Assembly: GCA_045106895.1 (NCBI GenBank)
Contig: JBGCFM010000001.1
Span: 32,001-96,000, forward strand
Source: Polyangiales bacterium
Lineage (GTDB): Bacteria; Myxococcota_A; Polyangia; Polyangiales; Houyiibacteriaceae
Direction of reading: 5' to 3'
Length of the DNA: 64,000 bases
The position numbers were made by a program, and so were the translations under genes. The notes below the pieces were generated by a model. That model was not told the DNA's origin, ran no database searches, and saw only the letters and a program-made list of their open reading frames with translations. Of the stretch, positions 9,360 to 18,001 are shown piece by piece (position 1 is the stretch's first letter; each line of letters opens with the position of its first letter).

Positions 9360-9995
9360 GTGGGCAGGCATCGCCGGTCGCGTGGCGGCGGCCGCGGCGG
9401 CCAAGACATTTACACGAAGCGCGCACTCAAAGAGGGCTATCCAGCCCGCTCTGTTTACAAGCTTGAAGAGATCGACCGAAGGGTCGGTCTTTTTCGTCCT
9501 GGGATGCGTGTGTTGGACCTCGGCGCAGCCCCGGGCAGCTGGACGCTCTATGCCGCCAAGAAGGTCGGCAAGAACGGGCGTGTCTTGGGTATTGACCTCC
9601 AAGAGCAGCGAACAGGCCTTCCCCCAAACGCGACCTTCCGCGTCGGCGACATGTACGAGGAGACCGTTGAATCACTCGAAGGGCCCTTCGACGTCGTGAT
9701 CAGCGATATGGCTCCGGACACCTCCGGCCAACGCGACGCGGATATGTACCGGAGCTACGAGTTGGTCCTCGGCGCGTTGCGTCTCGCCGAAGGCACGCTC
9801 GTCCCCGGCGGAAAGTTCGTCGCGAAGATCTTCCAAGGCGCCGAGTACGAAGACGCCCGAGCCGAGTGCCGCAAGTCGTTTGAGAAGGTCAGAACCCTCC
9901 GGCCCAAGGCGACGAAGGACATCAGCTACGAGGTCTTCCTCGTCGGCATCGGGTTCAAACCGCCGGCGCCGCCCGAGAGCGACGAGAGCGAGTAG
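9360..9995 (+). CDS. rlmE: 23S rRNA Um2552 methyltransferase RlmE (FtsJ/RrmJ)
   Basis: ARSVYKLEEID, VLDLGAAPGSW, VISDMAP, FVAKIFQG, YE catalytic K-D-K-E pattern. Confidence 0.93.
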   Translation: MGRHRRSRGGGRGGQDIYTKRALKEGYPARSVYKLEEIDRRVGLFRPGMRVLDLGAAPGSWTLYAAKKVGKNGRVLGIDLQEQRTGLPPNATFRVGDMYEETVESLEGPFDVVISDMAPDTSGQRDADMYRSYELVLGALRLAEGTLVPGGKFVAKIFQGAEYEDARAECRKSFEKVRTLRPKATKDISYEVFLVGIGFKPPAPPESDESE

Positions 9996-10001
9996 CTTCG
10001 C

Positions 10002-11015
10002 TCAGCGCATCCGGCGCGCCGCAGCGAGATGGGCCGTCACCCGCTCTGCGTATCGACCGTCGGGCTCGAGCGCCAAGTAGCGCTCGAAATGCGTGATCGC
10101 CGGCCCGTATTCCGCGCGGGCCGCGAGCATGCTGCCGAGGAGGTAGTGCGCCGTGGCGAAGGAGTCGTCCATGGCAAGCGCCTGCGTCAGGGCTCGCTCC
10201 GCGCCCTCCCCGTCGTCGTTTGCTCGGCGAGCGAGGGCGAGTTCCGAAAGGAGCGCCGGCGACGGCTCGCTGGCTTCGATGGCCATCTCCATTGCGCGAA
10301 CTGCCGCGTCGAACTGTTCCGCGCGGCGGAGCCCATTTCCAATGGCGACGAGGGCCGGCGCATCCCCGCGCGCGAGAGGCAGCGCGCGTCGAAGCTCAAT
10401 GGCGGCTTGGTCCGTGTTGTCGAGACTCAAGTAGATCAAGCCGAGGTTCGCGCGCGCCGCGGCATCCTCCGGCAAGAGGCGGACAGCCCGCTGATACGCG
10501 TCTTTGGCCCCCTCGATTTCCCCGTTCTCTTCACGGGCAAACGCCAAGTTCAGCCAGGCTTCGCCGTACTGTGGACGTAGAGTCACCGCGCGATCGAGAA
10601 GCACCGCCGCTTCGTCTGGGCGCTGCTGGTCACGCAGCAGGAGGCCCAAGTTGTTGAGCGCTTCCGGGAACTCCGGGTCGAGGCGAAGCGATTCCCGATA
10701 AGAAGCTTCGGCGGCCGGATAGTCGTTCTGAAGCTCAAGAACGAGGCCCAGGTCGAGGTGGGCGCGAGGATCTTCCGGCGTCGCCGCGATGGCCCCTTCG
10801 AAGGCAGCCTGCGCGCCCGGCAGGTCGCCACCAGCGAGCTTCCGCTCGCCTGCGCTGACCGCATCGCTCGCGGGATGTCGCTCGGGCTCAAGAGCCGCCT
10901 CCTCGTCGGGAAACATGATGTCTTCGTCGCCGCTTGAAGTGGTCGTCCCCGCGTCGGCGGGAGGACAGCCGGTGAGAAGCAGGATGGTTAGCCAGTGGCT
11001 CTTGTAGGCGTTCAT
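10002..11015 (-). CDS. TPR-repeat lipoprotein
   Basis: Lipobox LLLTGC; multiple TPRs (AHLDLGLVL, ALNNLGLLL, AWLNLAFA, ARANLGLIY). Confidence 0.85.
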   Translation of the reverse strand: MNAYKSHWLTILLLTGCPPADAGTTTSSGDEDIMFPDEEAALEPERHPASDAVSAGERKLAGGDLPGAQAAFEGAIAATPEDPRAHLDLGLVLELQNDYPAAEASYRESLRLDPEFPEALNNLGLLLRDQQRPDEAAVLLDRAVTLRPQYGEAWLNLAFAREENGEIEGAKDAYQRAVRLLPEDAAARANLGLIYLSLDNTDQAAIELRRALPLARGDAPALVAIGNGLRRAEQFDAAVRAMEMAIEASEPSPALLSELALARRANDDGEGAERALTQALAMDDSFATAHYLLGSMLAARAEYGPAITHFERYLALEPDGRYAERVTAHLAAARRMR

Positions 11016-11022
11016 AGGGTTC

Positions 11023-13713
11023 TCAGTGCAAAGGCGAAGGTTCGCTTTTGTCGCTCAACACGCCAAGGGCGCGCAGCAACTCTTGTTCTATGTGCTCAAG
11101 GCGCTCCGCGTCTACGACCTTTCGCCCTTCGTGGTCGAGAACGTAGAACACGTCGGCGACGCGTTCGCCCTCGGTGTTCACCTTCGCCAGGTCGATGGTG
11201 AGCTCCGCCTCAGCGAGAGTCCGCGTGATGGTATGCAGAACGCCCACACGGTCTCGGGTGAAGACCTCGATGAGCGTGTGCCGGGGCGAGGCGCCATTGT
11301 CGATGGTAACGCCGGTAGGAATCTCTGGGCTATGTTTGAGTGACCACGCGGGCGCCTTGGGGATCTGCTCCAGGAGTTCGTCGGAGCTTTTATTTCCGTG
11401 CACGAGCTCAACAAGCGCCGTCTCGAGCTTCGCGCGAAGACGCTGATCCAGGCGCGAGCGCTCGCCATCTGCGACGGGACGGCCTTCGCGGGCGCGACGG
11501 ACCCAGAGAACATCGAGGGCGTTGTCGCCTAACGTGTAGACCTGAGCGCCGACGACGCCGACATGATGCGCGGCCAACACGGCGCACACGTCGGCGAGCA
11601 ACCCCGGACGGTCGTCGGCCCAAAGGACGAGTTCGCTCACGCCGTCACTCGGCCCCGGACCAAGTCCCAGTGCAAAGCCGCCAGCATCGCGGACGAAACG
11701 CGCGTGACGCCGAATCGCGTCGGCGTCGTTGGCGAGGACGTAACGGTCCGGAAGCCGTCGCACGAAGGCACGAAGCACAGCTTCCCCCTCATCGCCGACA
11801 AACCCCACCTCGACGTCGGCGCGCAAAGACGCTGCACGCCCCGAGATGCTCCCGCCTTCCAACGTGAGGGCGAGCGCGAAGTAGAGGTCATCGAGGACGC
11901 GCGCTTTCCAGGATGTCATCGCCGATGGATTTGTCGTCGAGAGAATGGCTACGGTGAGCAGGTAGAGGTCCCTTAGCCGCTCCACGCTCTCCACGTTCTC
12001 CGCCAACTCCTGGACAACCGCCGGGTCGCTCGTGTCGCGTCGCGTCGCCCAGCGGTAGAAGGTGTGTCGCTCCTTGAGGAGCCATTGAATGTGCGACGCG
12101 TCCGCCCTCCCGAACCCCAGCCGCTCTACCACCGGTGCGCTGAGCGCCGCCGTGGCGTCCACGGGGCCGTGGCCTTCGACCTTCCCGAGCGCGTGGAGAA
12201 ACGCTGCCACGAGGAGCGGCGCCTTTCGGGATGCCTCCGCAGCGGCTCGAGATGCAAGGCCAAGGTGGGGGAAACGTTTGCCCCGGGCCAGCCCGCGGAG
12301 CCGGTCCAAGGCTCGAACCGCGTGCACATCGAATGTGTACACATGATAGACATCGTGGATCACCCTGCCGACGAGAGGCTCGAGTTCCGGGATCATCGCC
12401 GTCGTGAGCCGAACATCGTGAAGCTCTGCTGCAAGCGAAGTGCGCTGCACACCAGAACGGCCGGTCGCCGTAAGCAGTCGTACAAAGAGCGGACCAGCTT
12501 CGGGATCGGCACGCAAACGTGCGGACCACTCCGGGTCCGCCGCGGCCCGAGCAATCGCGTCTCGGGAGAACCCATAAGGAGGCTTCTTCGCTCGAAGCAC
12601 CTGCTCGTAGAGTTTGAGCGCCAGGACCGGGGTATCTTGAAGCGCACGGGTTTGTTCGAAGGTTATCTGCCCGGCAAACTCCGCGATACCTCCACCCAAA
12701 GTTCGCAGCGGGGCGCGTGTTCTTCGCGGCGGAGTGAGCGCCCGCTCCAGAAGGCGCTCCGAGGTCTGAGCGACAATCCCCGCGTGCCGGTAATACGTCT
12801 GCATGAACTGTTCGACGGCCAGTGTAATGCCATCGCTGAACCCCAAATCGTACGCCAGCTCTTCTTGGTCGCTGAACGTAAGGCGGTCCTGCTGACGCCC
12901 CGCCCGCGCGTGAAGCCGGGAGCGGACCTGCCAGAGAAACTCGCGGGCGGACACGAGGGGACTGAGTTCGTGCCCTGGAAGAACGCCACGCCGCGCAAAG
13001 TCGCCAATACCCTGCGTGTTCCATCGCGCGTTCGCGGCCCACATCGCTACGTCCAGGTCCCGCAGTCCGCCCCGCCCGAGCTTCACGTCCGGCTCGAGGA
13101 GATGCAGAGAGTCCCCGAAACGTTTGTGGCGGGCACGAGTGTCGCTCTGCAGTGCGGCGAGAAACGTCGAGAGCCTTGGACCAAACACGTGGCGCCTGGC
13201 TCCGCTTGCCAGCTCGCTCATCAGCGCCCGCTCGCCGGCGATCATTCGAAGATCGATGAGGGTGGTCGTCGTTCGCACGTCCTCGGCGGCGAGGGCGAGC
13301 GTCTCTTCGATGCCGCGGACGACGTGACCGATCTCAACGCCGAGATCCCAGAGCGGGTAGAGCAGCCCCTCCGCGACTTGTTGAACGTAGCGCGAGCTGG
13401 GATCGTCGCACAGAAAGAGAATATCGATGTCCGAGCGCAGGCCGAGGAGACCTCGTCCGTATCCGCCAACGGCGACCAGGGCGAGGCGAGAGCGCGACGC
13501 GTCAAGCTGCCGCGCGCGTGCGTCCGTCGCGCAAAAGAGCGCGCCCAAGAGGCCGTCGAGGACACGTGAAAACGCCTGACCTGCTTTCACGGCGCCCCCG
13601 CCTCCGTCAATGGCATCGCGATACTCTTGTCGGTACCGCTGCAGGTAGTCCCCGCATGTCGCGTCGAGGTCTGGAGCCAAGCGACGAAGAAGAATCGATG
13701 GCTCGCCGGTCAC
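11023..13713 (-). CDS. glnD: [Protein-PII] uridylyltransferase GlnD, HD domain degenerate
   Basis: AVGGYGRG...SDIDILFL NTase, LEPDVKLGRGGLRD, YHVYTFDVH, two ACT domains (DRPGLLA; DRVGVLH..DVFYV); start 13713 inferred (ORF extends to 13749). Confidence 0.92.
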   Translation of the reverse strand: MTGEPSILLRRLAPDLDATCGDYLQRYRQEYRDAIDGGGGAVKAGQAFSRVLDGLLGALFCATDARARQLDASRSRLALVAVGGYGRGLLGLRSDIDILFLCDDPSSRYVQQVAEGLLYPLWDLGVEIGHVVRGIEETLALAAEDVRTTTTLIDLRMIAGERALMSELASGARRHVFGPRLSTFLAALQSDTRARHKRFGDSLHLLEPDVKLGRGGLRDLDVAMWAANARWNTQGIGDFARRGVLPGHELSPLVSAREFLWQVRSRLHARAGRQQDRLTFSDQEELAYDLGFSDGITLAVEQFMQTYYRHAGIVAQTSERLLERALTPPRRTRAPLRTLGGGIAEFAGQITFEQTRALQDTPVLALKLYEQVLRAKKPPYGFSRDAIARAAADPEWSARLRADPEAGPLFVRLLTATGRSGVQRTSLAAELHDVRLTTAMIPELEPLVGRVIHDVYHVYTFDVHAVRALDRLRGLARGKRFPHLGLASRAAAEASRKAPLLVAAFLHALGKVEGHGPVDATAALSAPVVERLGFGRADASHIQWLLKERHTFYRWATRRDTSDPAVVQELAENVESVERLRDLYLLTVAILSTTNPSAMTSWKARVLDDLYFALALTLEGGSISGRAASLRADVEVGFVGDEGEAVLRAFVRRLPDRYVLANDADAIRRHARFVRDAGGFALGLGPGPSDGVSELVLWADDRPGLLADVCAVLAAHHVGVVGAQVYTLGDNALDVLWVRRAREGRPVADGERSRLDQRLRAKLETALVELVHGNKSSDELLEQIPKAPAWSLKHSPEIPTGVTIDNGASPRHTLIEVFTRDRVGVLHTITRTLAEAELTIDLAKVNTEGERVADVFYVLDHEGRKVVDAERLEHIEQELLRALGVLSDKSEPSPLH

Positions 13714-13773
13714 GGATGAGCAGTATGGCAGCGCCTCCACAGGCGGCAAGGACGCGTGGCCTTTCGAAAAGTT

Positions 13774-15237
13774 CTACTCCGTCGGCTCCTCCGGTCGACT
13801 GAGATACTCGAGAATTCCCTCAGCGATTCCATCCGAGAGGCGCTCTCGGTAGACCTCGGTCCTCAGCGCTTCCGCTTCGTCGGGCTTCGTCAGAAAAGAC
13901 GCCTCTAGGAGAATCGCCGGCATTCGCGCGCCTACGAGAACATAAAACATCGCGGACTTGACGCCTCGGTCTGGAATCCGCGGGAGGATCGTACGAGCGC
14001 CCGCGAGCGTGCTCTGGTGTACGGCTGCGGCGAGGGCACGAGATTGATCCAACTGACCTCGTCGGTGGATCCCTGCCAAGATTCGCTGAAGCCCCGTGAC
14101 TTCGTGCACACGTGTCCCATTCTCCCGCGCCGCGAGGCGTGCCGCCTGAATGTCGTCCCCGGTGTCCAACACAAAGGTGGTGATGCCGCCGCGGTACACT
14201 GTTTCGTTGAGAGCGTTGAGGTGAATGGACACAAAGAGATCCGCGCCAAGGGCGTTCGCTCGGGCCGCGCGGTCTTCCAGCGGCAGCTGAATATCGGCTT
14301 CACGCGTGAGGAACACTCGGGCGGATGGCGCTCGAGCACGGATGGCGACGGCTGTTCGCCGCGCAAGGTCGAGAACCAAGTTAGATTCCGTAAGCTCTTC
14401 GTATCGCGCTCCGGTCTCGACTCCGCCGTGACCTGGGTCAAGGACGATGACAGGCGCAACGTCGACATCCGCTCGCTCCGGAGGGAGCCCGATGTCCACC
14501 ACAAAACGAAGCGGCTCTTCGAAGGAAACTTCGTCCGTCGTCGCGCGGGCGTTGAGGTCGAAACGAATCTCATTGTGGGCAAAACGAATCGCTTGGATCG
14601 AATCCGCCCGCACAGGAATCTCCACGGGCACGTCATCTGCGCGCGAGAGCGAAGCGAATCGCATGCGAAGCACGCCTGGCGACTCCATTGTCTCGTGCTC
14701 GCAGCGGCCGCGCATACCACCGGAGACGTTCAGGAGAACTCGCACCGCTCCTGCACCGCTGTCGAGGGCACGCACGCGCAGCACCTCACAACGTGACGCC
14801 TCTTGGTCGATGCGCCCCTTCAACACATCAGGAACATCACTCGGCTCCGTATCGGAGCACCCATAAGCATACGCACGGTATTGCTGGCCGATAGCCTCAC
14901 CCTCTCCTTCGAAAGCCGAGAGGCGTTCCAGGGCGTCGCAGCTGTTCGCGAGCTCGCGCCACCCCGCGGCCCGCTCAAGCAACCCCTGAACGCGATCGCC
15001 TGTCTCCGCGAGCAGACCCGCGCGCTCTGCGAAATCCGCCGCGTCTATCGAAGCCTCTACGCCACGCTCGCTACGACTCGCAGCCTGCCCCTCAAAGTCA
15101 TCAAAACGTTCGAGATCGGCTGTGTGAAGGGCCTCCAGAGGGTCTGTTTCCGGAGGCTCCTCGCAGGAAAGGAAGAATACGGACAAGAAGACGTAGCACA
15201 GGCACCAAACCCCTCTCGCTGTCCCCAAACAACCCAT
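13774..15237 (-). CDS. N-acetylmuramoyl-L-alanine amidase (Amidase_3), probable lipoprotein
   Basis: VLDPGHGG, RAARAN..ADLFVSIHLN, FYVLVGARMPAILLEASFL; lipobox-like FFLSC. Confidence 0.9.
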   Translation of the reverse strand: MGCLGTARGVWCLCYVFLSVFFLSCEEPPETDPLEALHTADLERFDDFEGQAASRSERGVEASIDAADFAERAGLLAETGDRVQGLLERAAGWRELANSCDALERLSAFEGEGEAIGQQYRAYAYGCSDTEPSDVPDVLKGRIDQEASRCEVLRVRALDSGAGAVRVLLNVSGGMRGRCEHETMESPGVLRMRFASLSRADDVPVEIPVRADSIQAIRFAHNEIRFDLNARATTDEVSFEEPLRFVVDIGLPPERADVDVAPVIVLDPGHGGVETGARYEELTESNLVLDLARRTAVAIRARAPSARVFLTREADIQLPLEDRAARANALGADLFVSIHLNALNETVYRGGITTFVLDTGDDIQAARLAARENGTRVHEVTGLQRILAGIHRRGQLDQSRALAAAVHQSTLAGARTILPRIPDRGVKSAMFYVLVGARMPAILLEASFLTKPDEAEALRTEVYRERLSDGIAEGILEYLSRPEEPTE

Positions 15238-15285
15238 AATGGCTGGTTAGCAGGAAAGCAGCCGGCCATGCTATCGTCACCTCGC

Positions 15286-16695
15286 ATGAGTAGTGCCCAA
15301 CCCGAACTTTCGTCTGAGCCGGATTCCGGAAACGACAAGACCTTGATCGACGGCGCCCCACTAGGTGCCCCCGTTTCAGGCGCCGTCGCCGACGAGTCGA
15401 TGGCCTTGGTCGCGAAGGCGGCTGACGGCGAGAGCGGTCACGCGCTGGTCGCTGACGTCGAAGATAAGACGGAAGGAGCCAGTGGGCTCATCGTCGATTG
15501 GTCCGCGAAATCCGAACCACCTCCGGCAAAAGCTGCGACTCCGGCAAAGGCTGCGACTCCGGCAAAGGCTGCGACTCCGGCGAAGGCTGCGACTCCGGCG
15601 AAGCCGAAGGCGGTTCCCGCCCTCGCCTCCAAAGCCACGCCTCCCAAGACCGCCACTCCCAAAACGGAGACTTCAAAGCCAGAGACTTCAAAGCCAGAGA
15701 CCTCGAAAGCCGAGACTTCGAAAGCCGAGACTCAAGACGCAAAGGCCACCGCCGTATCGGAGCCTGCATCCGACGCCGAGGTCACAAAAAGCCAGCAAGC
15801 ATCGGACTCCGCCTCCAGCGACCCGGAGACTTCAGCTTCGCCGGAGGCCAAGGGCGAGAGTACCGGTGCGCCTGTCGACTTTGAGGCCGCCGCCGCCGCC
15901 CTTGCAGCGGGGTTCAGCCCGGAGAACGCGGAAGCCGCAGCTGCCGCGATCCGGCCCTCATGGGCGCATGTTGAGTATGTCCCGCCCCCCGAACCTGTCG
16001 TCGCCGCCACGCCGGTGCTCGACGAAGAAGCCCCTCTCCTCGTCGGTTCCTCGAGCAATCGAAAGCTGGCTATCGCGCTCGGCATCTTTCTCGTCGCGAC
16101 TATCGGGATCATCTACGCCGTGGTCGGTTCCGGAACGGAGTCACCATCGACGGGCTCTGCCCCGCAGTCGCTGCCCGTAAGCGCGGAGGCTGGCGAAAAC
16201 ACCGAACAACCCGAGACCACTGAGGCTGCAGAGGCTACAGAGGCCCCGGTAGACGAAACGCCTGAGTCAGATGAGCAAGCCGAAGCGGAGCAAGCAGCAG
16301 CGGCCGAGGCGATGGCCGCCGCCGAAGCACAAGCCGCCGAAGCACAGGCTGCCGCTGACGCGGCTGCAGCAGAAGCTGAAGCACAGGCCGCCGCGGAGGC
16401 TGAAGCCGCCGCTGCAGCCGAAGCCGCAGAAGCACAAGCTGCCGCGGCCGCTCAAGCCGCTGCTCAACGTGCCGCGACCGCCGCACAGAACCAGCGTAGC
16501 GAAAACGCTTCACGCGCTGCGACACAAGCCGCAGAACGACGAAGAGCCCAACGCGCTGCGCGCCAGGCAGCCGCCGCACAAGCGCGTCGCCAAGCCGCCG
16601 CCCGCGCTGCTGCACGCATGAGCACTCGGATGACCACGCGCATGACCAGCCGCATGAGCAGCGGCGGTGGCTTCACCACCGACAACCCGTACTGA
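15286..16695 (+). CDS. Low-complexity single-TM protein with Ala/Glu-rich extracytoplasmic stalk and Met-periodic ...DNPY tail
   Basis: PAKAAT and ETSK repeats, TM LAIALGIFLVATIGIIYAVVG, TolA-like AEAQAA stalk, tail MSTRMTTRMTSRMSSGGGFTTDNPY; start inferred. Confidence 0.7.
   Translation: MSSAQPELSSEPDSGNDKTLIDGAPLGAPVSGAVADESMALVAKAADGESGHALVADVEDKTEGASGLIVDWSAKSEPPPAKAATPAKAATPAKAATPAKAATPAKPKAVPALASKATPPKTATPKTETSKPETSKPETSKAETSKAETQDAKATAVSEPASDAEVTKSQQASDSASSDPETSASPEAKGESTGAPVDFEAAAAALAAGFSPENAEAAAAAIRPSWAHVEYVPPPEPVVAATPVLDEEAPLLVGSSSNRKLAIALGIFLVATIGIIYAVVGSGTESPSTGSAPQSLPVSAEAGENTEQPETTEAAEATEAPVDETPESDEQAEAEQAAAAEAMAAAEAQAAEAQAAADAAAAEAEAQAAAEAEAAAAAEAAEAQAAAAAQAAAQRAATAAQNQRSENASRAATQAAERRRAQRAARQAAAAQARRQAAARAAARMSTRMTTRMTSRMSSGGGFTTDNPY
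15523..15603 (+). repeat. 18-bp tandem repeat x4.5 (encodes PAKAAT)
   Basis: ccggc(a/g)aa(a/g)gctgcgact repeated without spacers. Confidence 0.9.
15667..15732 (+). repeat. 15-bp tandem repeat x4.4 (encodes ETSK[P/A])
   Basis: gagacttcaaagcca x2, gagacctcgaaagcc, gagacttcgaaagcc. Confidence 0.85.
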
Positions 16696-16746
16696 GCTCT
16701 CCTTTTTACTGGGGGCAGCGACCGAAGATGGTGAACTGGGGCTTTC

Positions 16747-16918
16747 TTTCGGGGCTAGCTGCATCTCAGAAGTTCTGACCGGTTGAGCGCGCGATCTTCT
16801 TCCCGATTCGCCTTGAATGTACGCTGCACGTCCTTCGTTGAATTGAGCCAAACCTCGCAAACCAATCATCCGCCCTGAACCGGTCAGAACTTCTGAGATG
16901 AAGTACTAGCACCCGAAA
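16747..16918. repeat. Intergenic long inverted-repeat element with 23-bp perfect arms
   Basis: catctcagaagttctgaccggtt (16762-16784) is the exact reverse complement of 16878-16900; imperfect extension tttcggggctag / ctagcacccgaaa. Confidence 0.85.
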
Positions 16919-16996
16919 AGGTGAAGAAAATCGGGCGTTCCGGACCACTTCGAGCCGCCTTCGTGCCCGGGTGGCAGGAGGCTGCTAGGTCCTCCC

Positions 16997-18001
16997 ATGG
17001 GCCTGACATACCGCGCTTCGGGAGTAGACATCGACGCTGGGGAGCGTCTCGTTGAGCGAATCAAGCCACTTGCCGCGGCGACACGTATTCCAGAAGTACT
17101 GGGTGCCGTCGGCGGATTCGCTGGGCTGTGCGCCGTGCCGGAAGGACTCACCGACCCGGTGCTCGTTTCCGGGACCGATGGCGTCGGGACGAAGCTCAAG
17201 CTCGCCTTCGCTTTCGACCACCACAGCACAGTCGGCATCGACCTTGTAGCGATGTGCGTCAACGACATCTTGACCGTCGGCGCCCGGCCCCTCTTCTTCC
17301 TCGACTACTTCGCAACCGGCAACCTCGACGTGGACCGAGCCGAAGCAGTGGTTCGCGGCATCGCGGATGGCTGCAAACTGGCGGGCTGCGCGCTGCTCGG
17401 CGGCGAGACGGCGGAGCTCCCCGGATTCTACAAGCAGGGCGAGTATGACTTGGCGGGCTTCGCCGTCGGCGTCGTTGAACGCGCGAAGATGATCGACGGC
17501 ACCCAGGTGGGCGCCGGAGATGCCATCATCGCGTTGCCATCAAGCGGCCTGCACTCCAACGGATTCTCCCTCGCCCGCGCTGCACTAAGCACCGAACTCG
17601 AACAAGACGCAGAGCTCGCCCGCACGCTGCTCACTCCCACGCGCATCTACGCCCGCGCATCCCAAGCGGCCCTCGCGACGGGGCATATTCGAGCGATGTG
17701 TCATGTCACCGGCGGCGGACTCGTCGACAACCTCCCTCGTGTACTGCCCGATGGAACGTGCGCACATATCGATGAGGCAAACTGGGCAAGCCCTGAGATC
17801 TTCGCGCGAATCGCGAGCGCAGGCGATATCGCGAAGTCGGAAATGCGGCGCACCTTCAACATGGGGGTCGGCTTCATCATCGTCGTCGCAGCGGATGCCC
17901 AGCGGGAAGTCCTGGACGCCCTGACAAACGCCGGCGAGGCTCCAACGGTTATCGGGACCATCCAAGCTGCGTCGGGCGACGCACGCGTCGTGTACGCATG
18001 A
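16997..18001 (+). CDS. purM: Phosphoribosylformylglycinamidine cyclo-ligase
   Basis: YRASGVDI, GTDGVGTKL, DLVAMCVND, GGETAELPG, SSGLHSNG, TFNMGVG. Confidence 0.97.
   Translation: MGLTYRASGVDIDAGERLVERIKPLAAATRIPEVLGAVGGFAGLCAVPEGLTDPVLVSGTDGVGTKLKLAFAFDHHSTVGIDLVAMCVNDILTVGARPLFFLDYFATGNLDVDRAEAVVRGIADGCKLAGCALLGGETAELPGFYKQGEYDLAGFAVGVVERAKMIDGTQVGAGDAIIALPSSGLHSNGFSLARAALSTELEQDAELARTLLTPTRIYARASQAALATGHIRAMCHVTGGGLVDNLPRVLPDGTCAHIDEANWASPEIFARIASAGDIAKSEMRRTFNMGVGFIIVVAADAQREVLDALTNAGEAPTVIGTIQAASGDARVVYA

Noticed and set aside
12064..13569. Long antisense ORFs (501 aa here; also 42797..43939, 43952..45079, 53630..54769, 56868..58223)
   Set aside because: Shadow ORFs expected in high-GC DNA opposite well-supported genes, with no recognisable motifs.
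14803..15285. N-terminal extension of the 630-aa ORF
   Set aside because: It overlaps the amidase on the opposite strand; a better start lies at 15286 (or 15268).
15523..15732. CRISPR-like repeats
   Set aside because: Units are contiguous, have no spacers, are in-frame coding, and no cas genes are present.
16696..16996. ZTP or purine riboswitch, 6S RNA or retron msr-msd upstream of purM
   Set aside because: No ZTP consensus (GACUGGCG..CGCCUGGG) seen. The resemblance to E. coli 6S termini is in the wrong order and the usual synteny is absent. No reverse transcriptase is nearby. Kept only as an unexplained inverted-repeat element.
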